From assembly GCA_030704615.1 (NCBI GenBank), contig CM060732.1:59024001-59088000 (forward strand): DNA of 64,000 nucleotides, read 5' to 3'. The notes under the pieces were generated by a model, which had not been told where the DNA came from, searched no databases, and was given only the letters and a program-made list of their open reading frames with translations. This DNA is from Takakia lepidozioides (Eukaryota; Plantae; Bryophyta). Shown here in pieces: positions 50,270 to 63,132 of the stretch. Positions within the stretch are counted from its first letter, which is position 1. The number at the start of each line of letters is the position of its first letter. The translations under genes were made by a program, and so were the position numbers.

Positions 50270-52461
50270 ATAAGGCTCTCAGTGATGATCCGGACTTTAT
50301 TCGTGGATGGGCAAACCCAGACGACGACACCACTATGTTCACTACGGGAATTGTAAAGGACTGGGGTCGGGCTCATTACCGCGACTGCGGGTGGTACCTC
50401 GACTACCCTCGGCAGTCCACTACGTGGGAGGAGAACGTCTTGAGGAATCAGAATGAGAATGCAGATGCCTTGGCACCCCGGACAGATGAGGAGTTGCAGG
50501 CTAGGTTCTTTGCGCAGCTGAATAAGAAGGAGCCAACAAAGACGGCGACCCCCGCGGGTGGGAAGAAGAAAAACAAAGGGAAACAGACTGCGGAGGTAGG
50601 TGGGTCTGTTGGTACTGCGGCTGCCGTAGATTCTAGGTCAGGGCCTGCAGGGACTGGTGGGGCAGTTCTTGATCGCCCACAGGCAGATGATCGCATTGTG
50701 CGTACAGAGGTCCAGCTGATTTCCGTCACAGCTGATGAAAGGACTAGCCATAGGACAGGGAAACGACCTTACGAAGCCCGACTTTGTGTCTCCAGAGTGG
50801 TGGGTCCGCATTTCCAACGGAAAATGGCAAACATCAGCTTCTTGCGTATGATGGAGTCCAGGAAGTCCACATTCACAGGGGTCAAATCTCCTGCATGGGA
50901 CCATCTCTGCTCTTTCCTCACTCTGGTAATGCCCATGCATCTTTCAACTTTGATTCCCATTTCATGACATTGTGGGGTGTTGGATTTGCTGGATTAAGAT
51001 GTCGTCAACGACATCTTAATCCACCAGTACTTTGTACTACCAGTTCCCTAAATGTACACCAACCACCCAATTTGATTCGCTTGCATTTGCTTTTGGCAGG
51101 TGACGAAGAATCCATGCTGGGTGAACGGTGTCCAACAACCTTACGCCGCTGACCTTGTAATCCTTGACCTCCCGGATGGGCAGCCTGTGCTTGATATCAT
51201 TCCCCCTGCTGTGACTCCACAGTGGAATGTTCAAAACCCTCTGTATTGGCAGTGGGCATTCTCTTTCAGCAACAAGTTCCTCTCTGACGCAGGGGGGCTT
51301 CTGATATTTCAATCTGACGACATGGCATCCTGCCGGATTCTTCATAGCTACATGAAGTCCTCTGGGTTCCAAATCAACAAAATATGGACATGTGTTAATA
51401 CACTGCCTCTGTCGAAGGGGGAGTTTCCAGGGCAGAAGGTATTTCCTGTAACTTTCATTGTCTTCGTCCGTGTTGTCGTTGAATACCCATAGTTGCTGAC
51501 ATATTTCCATTGTTGCTGGTGCAGACCCATGTGTTCAAGGCCATTTGTCTGTCACGAATTCGGCCTACCAACACTCCTGCTTATGTTGGGCATTTCGACG
51601 TTTGGGGAGGAGGTCTGCACATAGGCCCAGATTGCAACCCAGTTGAATATGATGTTGTTCACAACTATATGGATGCGTCCCAGACTCTGAAAAAGACTGG
51701 AGGAATTCCATGGAGAGGTGCCCGGGAGAAGTCGCCCGCGTTCATGCAGACCTTCATTGAGACATGCAGCCGGCATGGTGGCAAAGTGGTTGACCTCTCC
51801 ATGGGCACAGGTGCATGCCGAAACTCTTCTCCATTCTTCGTTGCAAATGTTCCTTTCTTGTTTTGGCTTCTGCCATGGTTTCGTGCTTTCATTTGCTATC
51901 CTATAGGGGCTTCGTTCCATGCCTACAAGTGTGCAGGAAGACATCTTTTTGGGTTTGAGGGGGACAAGGAGCTTTACTCTCGAGTCATCGCTCCATTCTC
52001 TGAGGGATCCTTGCATTCGACCCAGACTGAGAAGATTGTTGAGGAGCAGGATCTGCAAGAGCCGGATGCTCTTGATGTGGATTCGGAATTTTCATGTGAG
52101 TAAGTGCATGTTCTTTTGTGGCAACTCAGAGACTAAATTTCGCTCAGCCATACTGTTGAACACTGCCTTTGCATCCTTGATGCTCCTACACTTGGTACTG
52201 TGTGGTTGCAGGAGTCCTATGACACCACGGTTTCTGCCGTTCTTTGCCAACCCGGATTTTTTTCCAAGTCCTCCAGCACAATTTCATTTGCCATCTTATG
52301 CGGAGGCTGCGGCTAAGGAGTATAGTCTGCTGGCATCTCCACCTTCTCTGCTACACAAAAGACATGGTTTTCAGCAGAGCAGGGCTAGCGTCTTTGTGGA
52401 CAATTCTGCCTTCGTCCTGAACAGTGCGTCCTGTAGCAGTGGATCTTCTTTGTCCGAATGA
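50270..52461 (+). CDS. 5'-truncated beta-class DNA amino-methyltransferase-like gene (paralogue C)
   Basis: Exons ~50270-50925, 51100-51438, 51525-51810, 51907-~52097, ~52212 onward; ADLVILDLPDG, YWQWAFSFSNKFLSDAGGLLIF, EKSPAFMQTFIETCSRHGGKVVDLSMGTG|ASFHAYKCAGRHLFGFEGD; colinear with paralogue B. Confidence 0.7.
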
Positions 52462-53355
52462 ATCGATTCTTGTGAAGGGTTTGTTTAAAAACCAAGAGTT
52501 CATCTGTTTGCCTTCTTTATGATTGGATGTGATCCTCTCTATCAACCTTGTATATCTGGGAAAATGACATGTGGTCCTTCTCAATCAACAAAGCAATGTG
52601 GACTCAAAGTTTGCAATATACACTGCACCCGGCATAATTGATTTTCAAGCAAGACAAGCATGGTTTCATGCATCTCGGAGCTTTTGGGAGCTACCACTAC
52701 AAACAACTATCTATTCTTTCATTTATGTCATTCATCCACCTCTCATTCGTTATACAGACATTCATCCGACATTCATCCCTCATTCATCCAAGCAACATCC
52801 ATATCCGACCTTCTGATACTGGCCACTCTCCGCAGTAATAGGTCTTCTAAGTCGACTGGACGTCCGCGGTTATAGATAGGCAAGTCCTCAAGCTTGAGCA
52901 GATTTTTGCTCATGCAATTTTCTGCTCGCGGGATCTGCTCACACAATAGCATCCCCCGCGAGCTTGCCCACAATCTGCTGCTAGAACAAATTGTGTTTGT
53001 GGATTATCCGGAAGGAGAGCCCATCCCGCGTCCAGAGCTCCCCCTGGACACGCCATCTGAGTTCTGGGCCAAGACGTTTGAGGAAACGGCCCGCAAGGGA
53101 GCCTCCAAGCCTATTCACCCCAAGGCTGAACGCAAGGAGCAGAATCGGCGCATCAAGGAGTCTCTGCAAGGGGCTTATGTTGCGCGTATGCTGCTCAAAC
53201 TCCATTCTAGGGAAGTCTCCCTTCAAATTTCACTTTCTAGTGCTAAAGAGCTTCAAAAAATTCAAGCATGGTGATATATGCCCTTCTACTTCTCTTTAAC
53301 CTTATCTGAAATCCAAAACCGTGCTGAGAACCAGCTATTGGCAAACAACTCAATC

Positions 53356-53563
53356 AACTGACTGTGCCTCTCCTAGTAGGTCCCACCTCACTGGATCAGC
53401 TTGAAGATAATAGGCCAAATTAAAAAGCTGCAGTTGGCGTGTGCAGTCTTACAATTGCACCAACAAGACAAAAAATTGTATGACCCATAGAAGCTGTCCA
53501 CGTTATAAACAAGTCAATTTCCAACCCCAAAAACCTCCCCTTCAATTCTCTATGCCAACTTAA
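53356..53563 (+). repeat. Direct repeat, partner at 55771-55944
   Basis: AACTGACTGTG...TATGCCAACTTAA in both; left copy has an ~35 bp insertion. Confidence 0.8.
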
Positions 53564-56500
53564 CCCTCAGTACTTGCATAAACACAATTAGCCATACCTC
53601 TGGATCCAACTCCATTTCTTTGTTCCAAGAAATCCTCAAACTGCACATAGGCAATACACATGATTACTTTTCATAAGCTTCAACGGTCATTCCTGTCTGT
53701 TTTTTTTCAGCACAAGTAGTTGAAGCCAAGAGCAGGGTCTACATGTTCCTTGGACTCACTTTGTTGTTAATATAGCTCTACCATAAAAACTTTTATCAGG
53801 CCACACAAGGGGACATAGACTACTGTAGTGCCAAAATGGTGACGTGAAAAAAACCAGTCTACCAAGCGATCTTGCGGCCTATTGAACATCGTCAGTTTTG
53901 TACCATCAGTTGGTGATGCAAGAACAAATTTAAGCACAGTAGCGACTCGTCATATCATAGACCAATGCACTAGGTACATTATCGTTTGAGACTTCACTAA
54001 ATTGATTCCACCAATCAAATGAACATTAAAATTTCCATTCCATTGCCTGCTAACATTGTCCCACCATCCAGTCTTCACACTATGGTCCTCAGAGCCCCAA
54101 TCAGGCCATGGCAGCAATCTATCATCTTGAGTTATAAATAATGTTGCTCCTCACATGTGTTAGTGCCATTGTTATGAACTACTATAAGATGCAGTGATTT
54201 TCATAGAACTCAAATCCTTCAACATTTGGCTGAACCACCAGTATGACAACATGCATTTTAACATAAAAAATTGGTGGAAATAATTCTACTACACTTACCC
54301 ATCAAGAGACCAGCGCTGCCAGCTTTGGGAGATCGGAGGAGAAAGTGGAAGAATGAGTAAGCAGGGAGCCCAACTGCAAAAGTCACACCAAATGCAAACT
54401 CCCCAAGCATAAGTGCAGAGCAATCTACCTATTATTAATGCATGGTTGAAGATGCAGCAACTAAGCGTCGAGAATGACAAGCCACTACTACACACTGATG
54501 ATAACCCTTCTACGATTAACTCTACACACTACCGAAGGTTGTTTTCCCGAGCTAGAGCTCATGGTTAGTTACGAAATGCCCCAAATCCCAGCGACAAACC
54601 CATGCTATGAGAGCCCTAATGGCAGCTAGAGATTAGTTTGTCTATTCCAACTCATAGTTAGTCACTACAGGGCAGCAGAGCCCACCTACCAATGCAAAGC
54701 AAGATCCACCACAGAGGACCTTCCAGCAATAAAATAAAATGAGATCTAAGGTGTGAACTTAGTCCTCGCCCACTATGTCTTCGGGATTACTGCTGGCCCC
54801 CGACAGATTCCCCAACTGTCTGCAATTCAAAGTGACTCGCAACCTCTTGTAATGTTGTAGAACTTTGACCTAACACACTTGGACCTAGTTACATTCTACC
54901 CGGTGTTCCATGATCACTGGTTAACTGCCCTCTTGGCCTGTAGGCATCAGTCATAGTGTGGCAAAGCCACTAATGCCAGTTTGGGTCATCGCCTCCTGTG
55001 CATCTGAGGCTCTGCTTCTTTTGCCTGCTCAACCAACAAAGCATCCTTGTACAATGCCACAACTTCATAGATACACTAAAGATATGGAGGATTCCAGAGG
55101 AGAGGGGCAGTGGGGGGAAAAAGAGACCCATAGGTATGGCTTTGCATAATGGCTTTGCATAAATCCCAAGATGGTCACAACTTTCAAAATTCTTCAGACA
55201 GCTCGCAACTCAGTAGAAGAGGGTGAAGTGGCAGTCATATTGGGCAACTAGCTCAAAAATGCATTGCACTGCATCAGGTATGCAACGATCATGCCCACAA
55301 AACAGACATGGGTTTCATTTTCTCCCAATGGCAAAGCTTAATGTTCAATGTAAGACTTCAGATGACTATAATCACAATAACATCATATCAATGTTCTGTT
55401 CAAGCATTTTATTTGTACTTATTAACCTATCGAGTTGTTTGCCAATAACTGGTTCTCAGCAGGGTTTTGGATTTCAGATAAGGTTAAAGAGAAGTAGAAG
55501 GGCATATATCACCATGCTTGAATTTTTTGACCCATGTCATTCCATTCTTTAGAAGACCCCTCAATCTTAGGCCTGCAAGTTCATTACATGAAATAGTGAA
55601 TCACATGTAAGGTTATAGGGTTTTTTTCTCACATTGTCTCTTATGGTTGCAGGTGCCTAATTTCAGCTAGCATTGTTAGGGTGGATTACCAGTCAGCAAC
55701 AAGGGCTCTATTTCTCCACTTTCTGCATTCTTGGTATGTGCTCGTTTTTACAACTGAGACACGGACCATGAACTGACTGTGTCTCTCCTAGTAGGTCCCA
55801 CCTCACTGGATCAGCTTGAAGATAATAGGCCAAATTGAAAAGCTGCAGACAGAAAATTGTAGGACCCATAGAAGCTGTCCACGTTACAAACAAGTCCATT
55901 TCCAACCCCAAAAACCTCCCCTTCACTTCCCTATGCCAACTTAAGCTAGTGGACCAACTTAAGCTGCCAACAAAGGTGGTGGACCTAACGGCATGGTGAA
56001 CGATCTTACCAAGCACAGTGGGCAACTGGAAGCAGCAGCCACAGCAGCAAAAACTTGTACAACGAGAGCGCAAGCGTATCTAAAACAAAAACAATGGACA
56101 CAACAAGCGGGAGTGGGCGAGTGACATACATCGAGATTGCAGCTGAGCGAGCGAGTGAATGGCAGTTGCAAAGAGACGGCGCAGCCAAGCGGGTATACTA
56201 ATAAATGAGGAATATAAATGTTGGATGATGGGGGGATGATCGGGGGGTGATCTGTTTTTGTTTTTGTTTTTGTTAATTACAACATATCATTAAAAAATAT
56301 TGATGAATAAAATATAATATTTAGTACTTATTGTACTCTAATAAGTATTATTAAGAGTAAATAAAGACCAAAAAAGATAACTGATTAAGGTCACAACTTT
56401 TCAAGTTTTTTTAAGCAGCCTAACCTAAGTGTTCATTTTTTGGTCCACCATGTCATGCTTTCACCCACATAGGAGATTGCACACTTAGATGACACTTGGG

Positions 56501-56689
56501 CCAACTGCACATGCTACCCTAGTCAATATGTGAAGCGAGATGTTTGTTTTGTTTTGTTGGCTATCTCGACTGTGCATCGTGTTGAAGTCAATGGAGAAAA
56601 TGTGGTCAAATGACCTTACACCATGTCAAGGCATCGATTAGTGTGTTGTGCTGAGTCATGCCCCTCTCTCGCCTTCCTCTTATGTTTTG

Positions 56690-57331
56690 CCAAAGCAAGA
56701 GAGCCAATCGCCGTTTTAGGCTTGTTTTGTTTGTTTTGTAGATTTGAGATGTCCCCAACCGCGAGGCCCCAGCCCTAGTGCTTGGTACCATTGGAAAGCC
56801 CTCGACGAGGAGGGGTGCACGGGCTTGGTCTCATGATTTCTGTACCTGTGGTGTGGGAGATGTGGAATTTCAAGTAGTTGGGTCGCTGGAAATTCCCAAA
56901 AAATAGCAAAGTGGAATCCCTTGATCAATGGTTGGAGCCTCGAGAGGAGAGATATCAAAGGTCTCCGGTTCAAATCTGGTTGTAGGCTCTGTGGGAAAAA
57001 ATGCATTTGGACTTAGATGACATTGGATCCTTGGGCCTACGGCAGAGGCCACTCTAGAGGTCGCACTTGGGCCTTGACATAGACGCACTTGTATAACTTA
57101 CATAGGAGATTGCACTTGGGCTTAGATGACATTTGGGCAACGGCACAGGCTACCCTAGTTCTCTCCTTGTTTCTTCGGATTACTTGGTCAGGGGGTGGTA
57201 TCCCCCCTTTTAGCCTTCACGGCCCAGGTTGGTTATTTTTCCACTTCCTTGTATCTTCAAACCATCCATTAATAAAATTCCAGGGCCACTGTCGCTTGTT
57301 CTGAAAAAAAAAAAAAAAAAAAAAAAAAAAA
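56690..57331 (+). mobile_element. Decayed 5'-truncated LINE with AATAAA and 28-nt poly(A)
   Basis: AATAAA at ~57271, poly(A) 57304-57331, remnant CRLCGK zinc-knuckle codons near 56980; left boundary uncertain. Confidence 0.45.
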
Positions 57332-57552
57332 CAGAAAACATGAGACAGATGAACTTAGGAGGGTGACATGAGAATGGATGAATAAGATATTTGTCTGTCT
57401 CGGTCTGTCCAAGGCCTTATCCAGAGCCTGCTGGGGGCCAATGGAGAGGCCCATGAGCAACCAATGGGGAGACATCACACTCCCTCTCAAGCTTGTCTGT
57501 GTGAAGGCTTGAAAGATTTGAAAGTGACCAACACAGACATTCGGGGCTCGGG

Positions 57553-58287
57553 ATGGGTTCCTTGGCTCGCCTCTCAGCTGTGTGTGTGGTGGAGGTGAGG
57601 GGAGGGAGCAGTAATGGAAGTCAAGTGGGCGATACAAGCACACTGACAATTGCTCCCAATTTGAGATGGCAACAAGGAATAGTATCTCGAGGTTTCCCTT
57701 TCATGAGGAGGGCTGTACTTATGGCGAATCATAATACTTCAAATTCCATTGTTTGCGTTGCAGCGGAATCTAATGTTGAAGGTGGAGAGTCGAAGAGAGA
57801 CGAGAGGATGGATTGGATGAAAGCTGGTCTCTCAGCTCTGGCAGCAGCCGGGGCTGCTGTTGTGCTTTTTGGAGGTCCCGTCTCTGCTCAAGAAGATATA
57901 GCCTTCCAGACTTATTTTGGAACTGCTGCCAGCGCGTCAAGCTATGGTGGATACGGAGGGAATGCCAATAAGAAGGACAGCGCAGAGTACATTTTTGATG
58001 TCCCCCAGGTACTGTAGACGCCTGCAATCGGCACACTAAATGTGGAAAGTGATGTTGACTATGTTGGGTCAATTTGTGAGGTGTATGTTATACGTGAATG
58101 AAGAGTTTCGGGAGGACCTACTTCAGGATGGAAACCTTCTCTGCTTCTTGTGACAGAGGTTAGTAAGGTGGGTAAGTCTTATGGAGAGAGGCAGCAACAT
58201 AGTTCGGTAATGTTGCATCCACCCACTGGAAATCAATTCTGCAGATTTCGGCACTCACTCAGTTATTTCAACAGTTAGACAACCCCT

Positions 58288-58320
<33 letters not shown>

Positions 58321-60201
58321 TTCCAGTCTGTGACATGGGGGAGGACATCATGGATGACCTCAAGGGTCTACTCACCCTCGGCACTAGACTGAAATTTATA
58401 CTCAGGGCAGGAAGCCTACCTTTGAACAGCAAACAGAAGCAGAGAAGAAAGGGAGAGTGCAATTGCCCGTTGTGTGGGCAACTTGAAGACAATATTCATT
58501 TTCTGATTCATTGTCCGGGGTTCTCTCACCGGAGATCAAGGGAATTGTGTCTGTACCTCTGTTTACCGACTTTGAAAGTCTTGAGGCGAGCCAAAAGCTC
58601 AGGCCCATTTGGGGCCTAGTTATTGGGCAAACCACACACACAGGTTAATGCTTGTGTAAAGGGATTTCTAGAGGATATCGGGAAAACCTGGATCAATTGT
58701 TTATTCCAAGGTCAGTCTTACTACCGGCGTCAGCCCTGACAAAGGTAGGTTCTGTCCCTTTGTGTTCTGCTCAAACTGGGCGCGGGGTCAATGCCCACAA
58801 GGCTACGGCAAACAACGTCTTATGAGTACATTCTCTCTCTCCCTCAGTGGTTCTAGCATGCTATTTGGTGTGTCCCTTGAGACCTCTAGGACTCACGTGG
58901 ACCTGGTAATTGTTTTTCCTCCTTCACATATGAATCTGGTTGTAGGCTAACCAAAATCCAATGGTACATCGTCTCAGGTGCAACCTTTATGTGAAGATAC
59001 AAGGCTGAAATAATAGTGACACTTGATACCAACGTTCTTTTTCCAGTGTGATCTCCATTGGCTGTGTGTGAGCTGTAGGCAATATTGGGCTGAGTTTCAT
59101 ACCATTGTTGGTTAACTCCCCACCTGTGGAGGCAATACCTTCAACGGTACGTAGTTGGCAATGTACATGTAGCTTGCATGCTCATGCTGCAGAGGGCTAT
59201 GAATAAGTGCAATGTCCCTCTTGTAGCCAGTGCATCAGTATGGCGTTATTGTCAAAGTACTACCAGTTCTCACACACCCAATTTCAACTCCTAACTCAGT
59301 AAACTGCTCGACTGCAATGTCTATGACTTCTAGCCTCTGTCATGGTAGTTTTCACTTATTTGAAAGGAATTGGGCAAACTAGTAGCTGGAATGCACGTCG
59401 TGTTGAAAATAGTACCGACACAATGGTTCTTAGGATTGTTTGACTTTAGGATATCTAAACATCAGCTTGAAGGAGATCTCATGGTACATTCTTTTGCTGA
59501 TCACAGAAATCTCTCTTCCTCTGTCTTTGCTCTTACCCAAACTGGGCATAGTCTCTACAAGGCGGAGTGGAGACTCCTGATTCCAATACTGTCTCAGAGA
59601 CATAACATATCGTTTCTGATTTTCTTGAAGAGTAAATCATTCTTTCGTTCTATCACCTTGTGCAGCTACAATACTATGGGAGTACTTCTGCAACTAATAT
59701 AAGGTCCTCATTAGTGATCTAACTTATTTCTTTGGCTCTCTGAAGTCACACTCATGAAAACGTTTCAAGGGTTGGAAGGAGCGCCTCATCTCCAAAGTTG
59801 AAAAAGGGACTAATGGCACTGACAGCGAGTTCTACAACCCTAGAAAGAAAGAGGAGAAGACATACCTCACCTACCTATCCGGATTTCGGAAGCTAGGTCC
59901 CCGAGACAACGTGCTCAACAATCTTGCCCTCTCTGATGTCAATTTGCAGGACATAATTGCATTGGCTGAAAATGTCAAGGCGGAGAATAAGACCGATGCT
60001 AATGGGCAGCTCTATTATGTGTTTGAAATCGACAGCCCAGTTGCTCATGAATTGATTAATGTCACATGTACAAAGAACAAGCTGTATGCACACTTCGTGA
60101 AGGCGCCCACCTCGGACTGGGCCCGCGATGAGAAATTGCTGCGGCATGTCCATGAGTCGTTCCAAACTGTGGGGAACAGTGAGCCTCTTCCCATTTTTTA
60201 G
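57553..60201 (+). CDS. TL19: Thylakoid lumenal 19 kDa protein (PsbP-like family), 2 exons: 57553-58008 and 59770-60201
   Basis: Bipartite transit peptide ending VSA; YFGTAASASSYGGYGGN...YIFDVPQ|GWKERLISKVEKGTNGTDSEFYNP...NNLALSDV; phase-0 GT-AG intron 58009-59769. Confidence 0.9.
58311..58845 (+). mobile_element. 5'-truncated LINE inserted in a (CT)n microsatellite in the TL19 intron
   Basis: C-terminal zinc finger CPLCGQLEDNIHFLIHC; (CT)n on both sides; 3' end shared with 32388-32433. Confidence 0.65.
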
Positions 60202-62292
60202 AGTGTACGGGATTGTAAAATTCAGCCGAGAGACAGAGATGTCCAACTTCCAGAATTTGTACAGTTTACGTAGGAGGGAGAGGTTCAGGGGTGGAGGAGT
60301 GTATCGAGAGAAATTCCAGCTGTATTCTCAGAAGGTGATTCCTGTTGCCTTGTCATTGCCCACCTCTGAGAGGTCGACTTGGAGAGAGAGAGAGAGACAT
60401 AGACAGAAGAGGGATGATTGTTTTTCTATTCCACTTTTTGGTTGTACTGGTCTATTTTGCATATGTTTAAGAGCTCCAGAAATGCCGTAGTTCACTAGCA
60501 TGAACATCAACTGGTGTTTGCATTACTCCATTTTAGATGTCCTGATTCTGGTAGCCACACAATATACCAACCAGATTTAGATATTTTGGTCAGCCCTTTT
60601 CAACATGATGTTCTCAATGTTTTGGTTGCCAAGGTATGAGCAACATCTGGAGGCTACTTATCTTCTGGAGGAACTATGAAAAGAGGCTTCGATGACAAGA
60701 TTGGGTCTTAGGAATAGTGCCCTTTGCCTGTATCCTGTTATGAGCAACAGCAACAGCCAAGTTCAAAGGACTTGATCGCTCTCCAGTTTATCGGATCTGT
60801 TAGTTCAGGGCATTGCTGAGGATTTTCTCTCGACTTTATACCATCCTCTGTATCTCTGCTTCTTTTATGATGGTGATGGAGGTCACATCCTTTTTGTTGA
60901 TTGAAATTTCCCTGGAGATGTGATTAGTAAATCAGTAACTGAAGACAACAAATCAGGGAGGGCCAGGCAGCAATTAGGGTGAATTTTTGCCACCAATCAC
61001 TGTATCCGCAAGAGCCCAAATGGGTGGTAGTGCACCCGTAGCCTAAACGAACGCGAAAGAAAATCTTACTAAGGATTAAGTGACAGAACTAGAGAGGAGA
61101 GAGCGTTGAGTAATGTTTTACTCATTGTAGTGTCCAGTTCAGAAGCCTTGGTGCCACAAAAGCTCCTATCAAATTATGTGGGCAGATCAAAAGGGATGGC
61201 ACACAATGGGAGCACACAAGAGAGCACCCTCTACTAGTACAAAAGCTCTGCTCTCTGCACAAAAGCTCTGCAAGGCAATCACCTGGACTAGGTTAAAGAT
61301 ATGGTAAAAGCTCCTGTGCACAATAATCAGATGCAACCCAGCTTCGTCTCCAAGGCACCTGAGATATGACTTCAATCTGAAACCCAACAGGCGGCCATCT
61401 CTATAGCTGCTCATTGGAGAAAGATAAGCCACTTATGCTACAGGAGTGTGTGCAATCAAAAAAATTGCACTCGGACGGGCACCATTTCTGCAGATTAGCA
61501 TCACGTGACCTCTGTCAAATGAGCTTACAGTGTGTAGGCTCAGAGCCAGCCATTGAGCTGTGTGTGCATATTTTGGCTTGTGCCAGAGACACAGAGATGG
61601 AGGTTGGACACATTACTTGCAATAGAGGGCATATTCATCCCCTCCAGCATATGTGATGGGGTTTTACACTAGGGTATGAAATCAGCCTGAAATTGGTTAT
61701 TGCAGGTGCCCACTGCAACAACAACCCAATTAAATAGGGATGAAATCATGGACAGCATGCGAATGCACATTGTAACCCAAAGTGCAACACAGCTGCAAGT
61801 GTCACATTCTGGGAGGTAGAGCACTGCAGTAGCAGTGTGGAATAGACATTGTACCAAGAAAAGGGGGCAAGAGACCACTTCTGGCAACTCCAGTAGATTT
61901 ATTCAATGAAGCTGCTTGAAGTGTCTCACAACAGATCATACTGAAATCCATCCTATCAATCATTCCCATAATGAATTCAAGTCACAACTTAGGCCGATCC
62001 ATACTCCTCACAATAAAATTGAAGGGCTTCACACTTCCGTGTTGTTTAGAAACAGAAAGGTGAGGAGAACAGGATGAATGATGCAAGATTGACAAGAGCG
62101 AAGTTCTCGAGGGTGAAGAAAAAAAGAATCTAGCCAAGAAGGAAAGTTACGAGTTTTCTACATTCATCAAACCTGTAAGGGAGTAAATGCATCATACTGA
62201 ACGAGCTCCCAGAAGATGACAATTCTGCTGAGCTTAACAGTGTGCAAAAGACAGACTGGAGTCAACTAGATTTCATCTCCATTGATTGAGTT

Positions 62293-63132
62293 TCAGTACT
62301 CTCCAATTCGAATGATGGCCCACACATCCATCACACCAGGAGGAACCGCATTGTCAATTGCTGATCGCACTGCTGCCTTTGCTACCGCAGTGACCTTCAC
62401 AGGAGGCACCAAAAAGTTCCCTACTACAGGAATTTGGGAGGCAGACTTAGCATTTTTCAAGAGCATCTCAAGTGGTGCTCCAATAGCACTAAGCGGAATG
62501 TTGATATCTCCTACTCGGCGGTTACCATGAATAAACCCTGGCCTTAAGATTACGCCACCGTATGGAAACTTGAGCCGCAGTGCATCCTCAGCAGCCTTCT
62601 TCCCATCGTAGTAACCGCGCAGCACGAAGGACGGTAGTCCAAAATCAAGGGCAGATATGTACACAAAGCGCTTTACACCTGACTCGGCGGCGGCATTAAT
62701 GGCTGCAACGTTTGCATCCCCATTGATCCTGCGCATTTGCTCATTTGTTCCGAACCCACCCACACATGAAATCACGGCAGATACATCCTTTAAAGAATCT
62801 TTCCATTTCTCCGGATCAAATAAGTCTCCTCGCATCCATAAAACACTGTTGACCCATGCCTCGTGCGCGGCCGGTCTTCCAGATCTGCTAATACTAAGCA
62901 CCGGAAGCCCGCGGCCCAGAGCTTCCTGGCAGACATGCGTCCCCACAAACCCATTGCCTCCCAACACAAGCAGCTTGGTCCGCTGTTCTGGTTTCGCATC
63001 CACAGGCTCTGCTTCTTCTGGATTCAGGGTACTTGCAGTTGATGTGGATGACAAGGACCTGCTGGCAGAATACCCTGACCCTACAATAGAGCGCCACCGC
63101 CACAACCCCTTAGTTACAGATCGCCCTGCCAT
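62293..63132 (-). CDS. NAD(P)-binding Rossmann-fold (atypical SDR/epimerase) protein, At5g10730/At1g32220-like, probably organelle-targeted, 279 aa, intronless
   Basis: LLVLGGNGFVG, ISCVGGFG, INGDAN, KRFVYISA, GYYDGK, ILRPGFIHG; Arg/Ser-rich N-terminus; first ATG at 63132. Confidence 0.9.
   Translation of the reverse strand: MAGRSVTKGLWRWRSIVGSGYSASRSLSSTSTASTLNPEEAEPVDAKPEQRTKLLVLGGNGFVGTHVCQEALGRGLPVLSISRSGRPAAHEAWVNSVLWMRGDLFDPEKWKDSLKDVSAVISCVGGFGTNEQMRRINGDANVAAINAAAESGVKRFVYISALDFGLPSFVLRGYYDGKKAAEDALRLKFPYGGVILRPGFIHGNRRVGDINIPLSAIGAPLEMLLKNAKSASQIPVVGNFLVPPVKVTAVAKAAVRSAIDNAVPPGVMDVWAIIRIGEY

Noticed and set aside
52700-52815. Terminus of the paralogue C element (TTCATCC repeats ending CCGACCTTC)
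   Set aside because: Plausible by position, but there is no second copy in the window to confirm it.
52894-53274. 126-aa ORF as a host gene
   Set aside because: No recognisable motif or gene structure.
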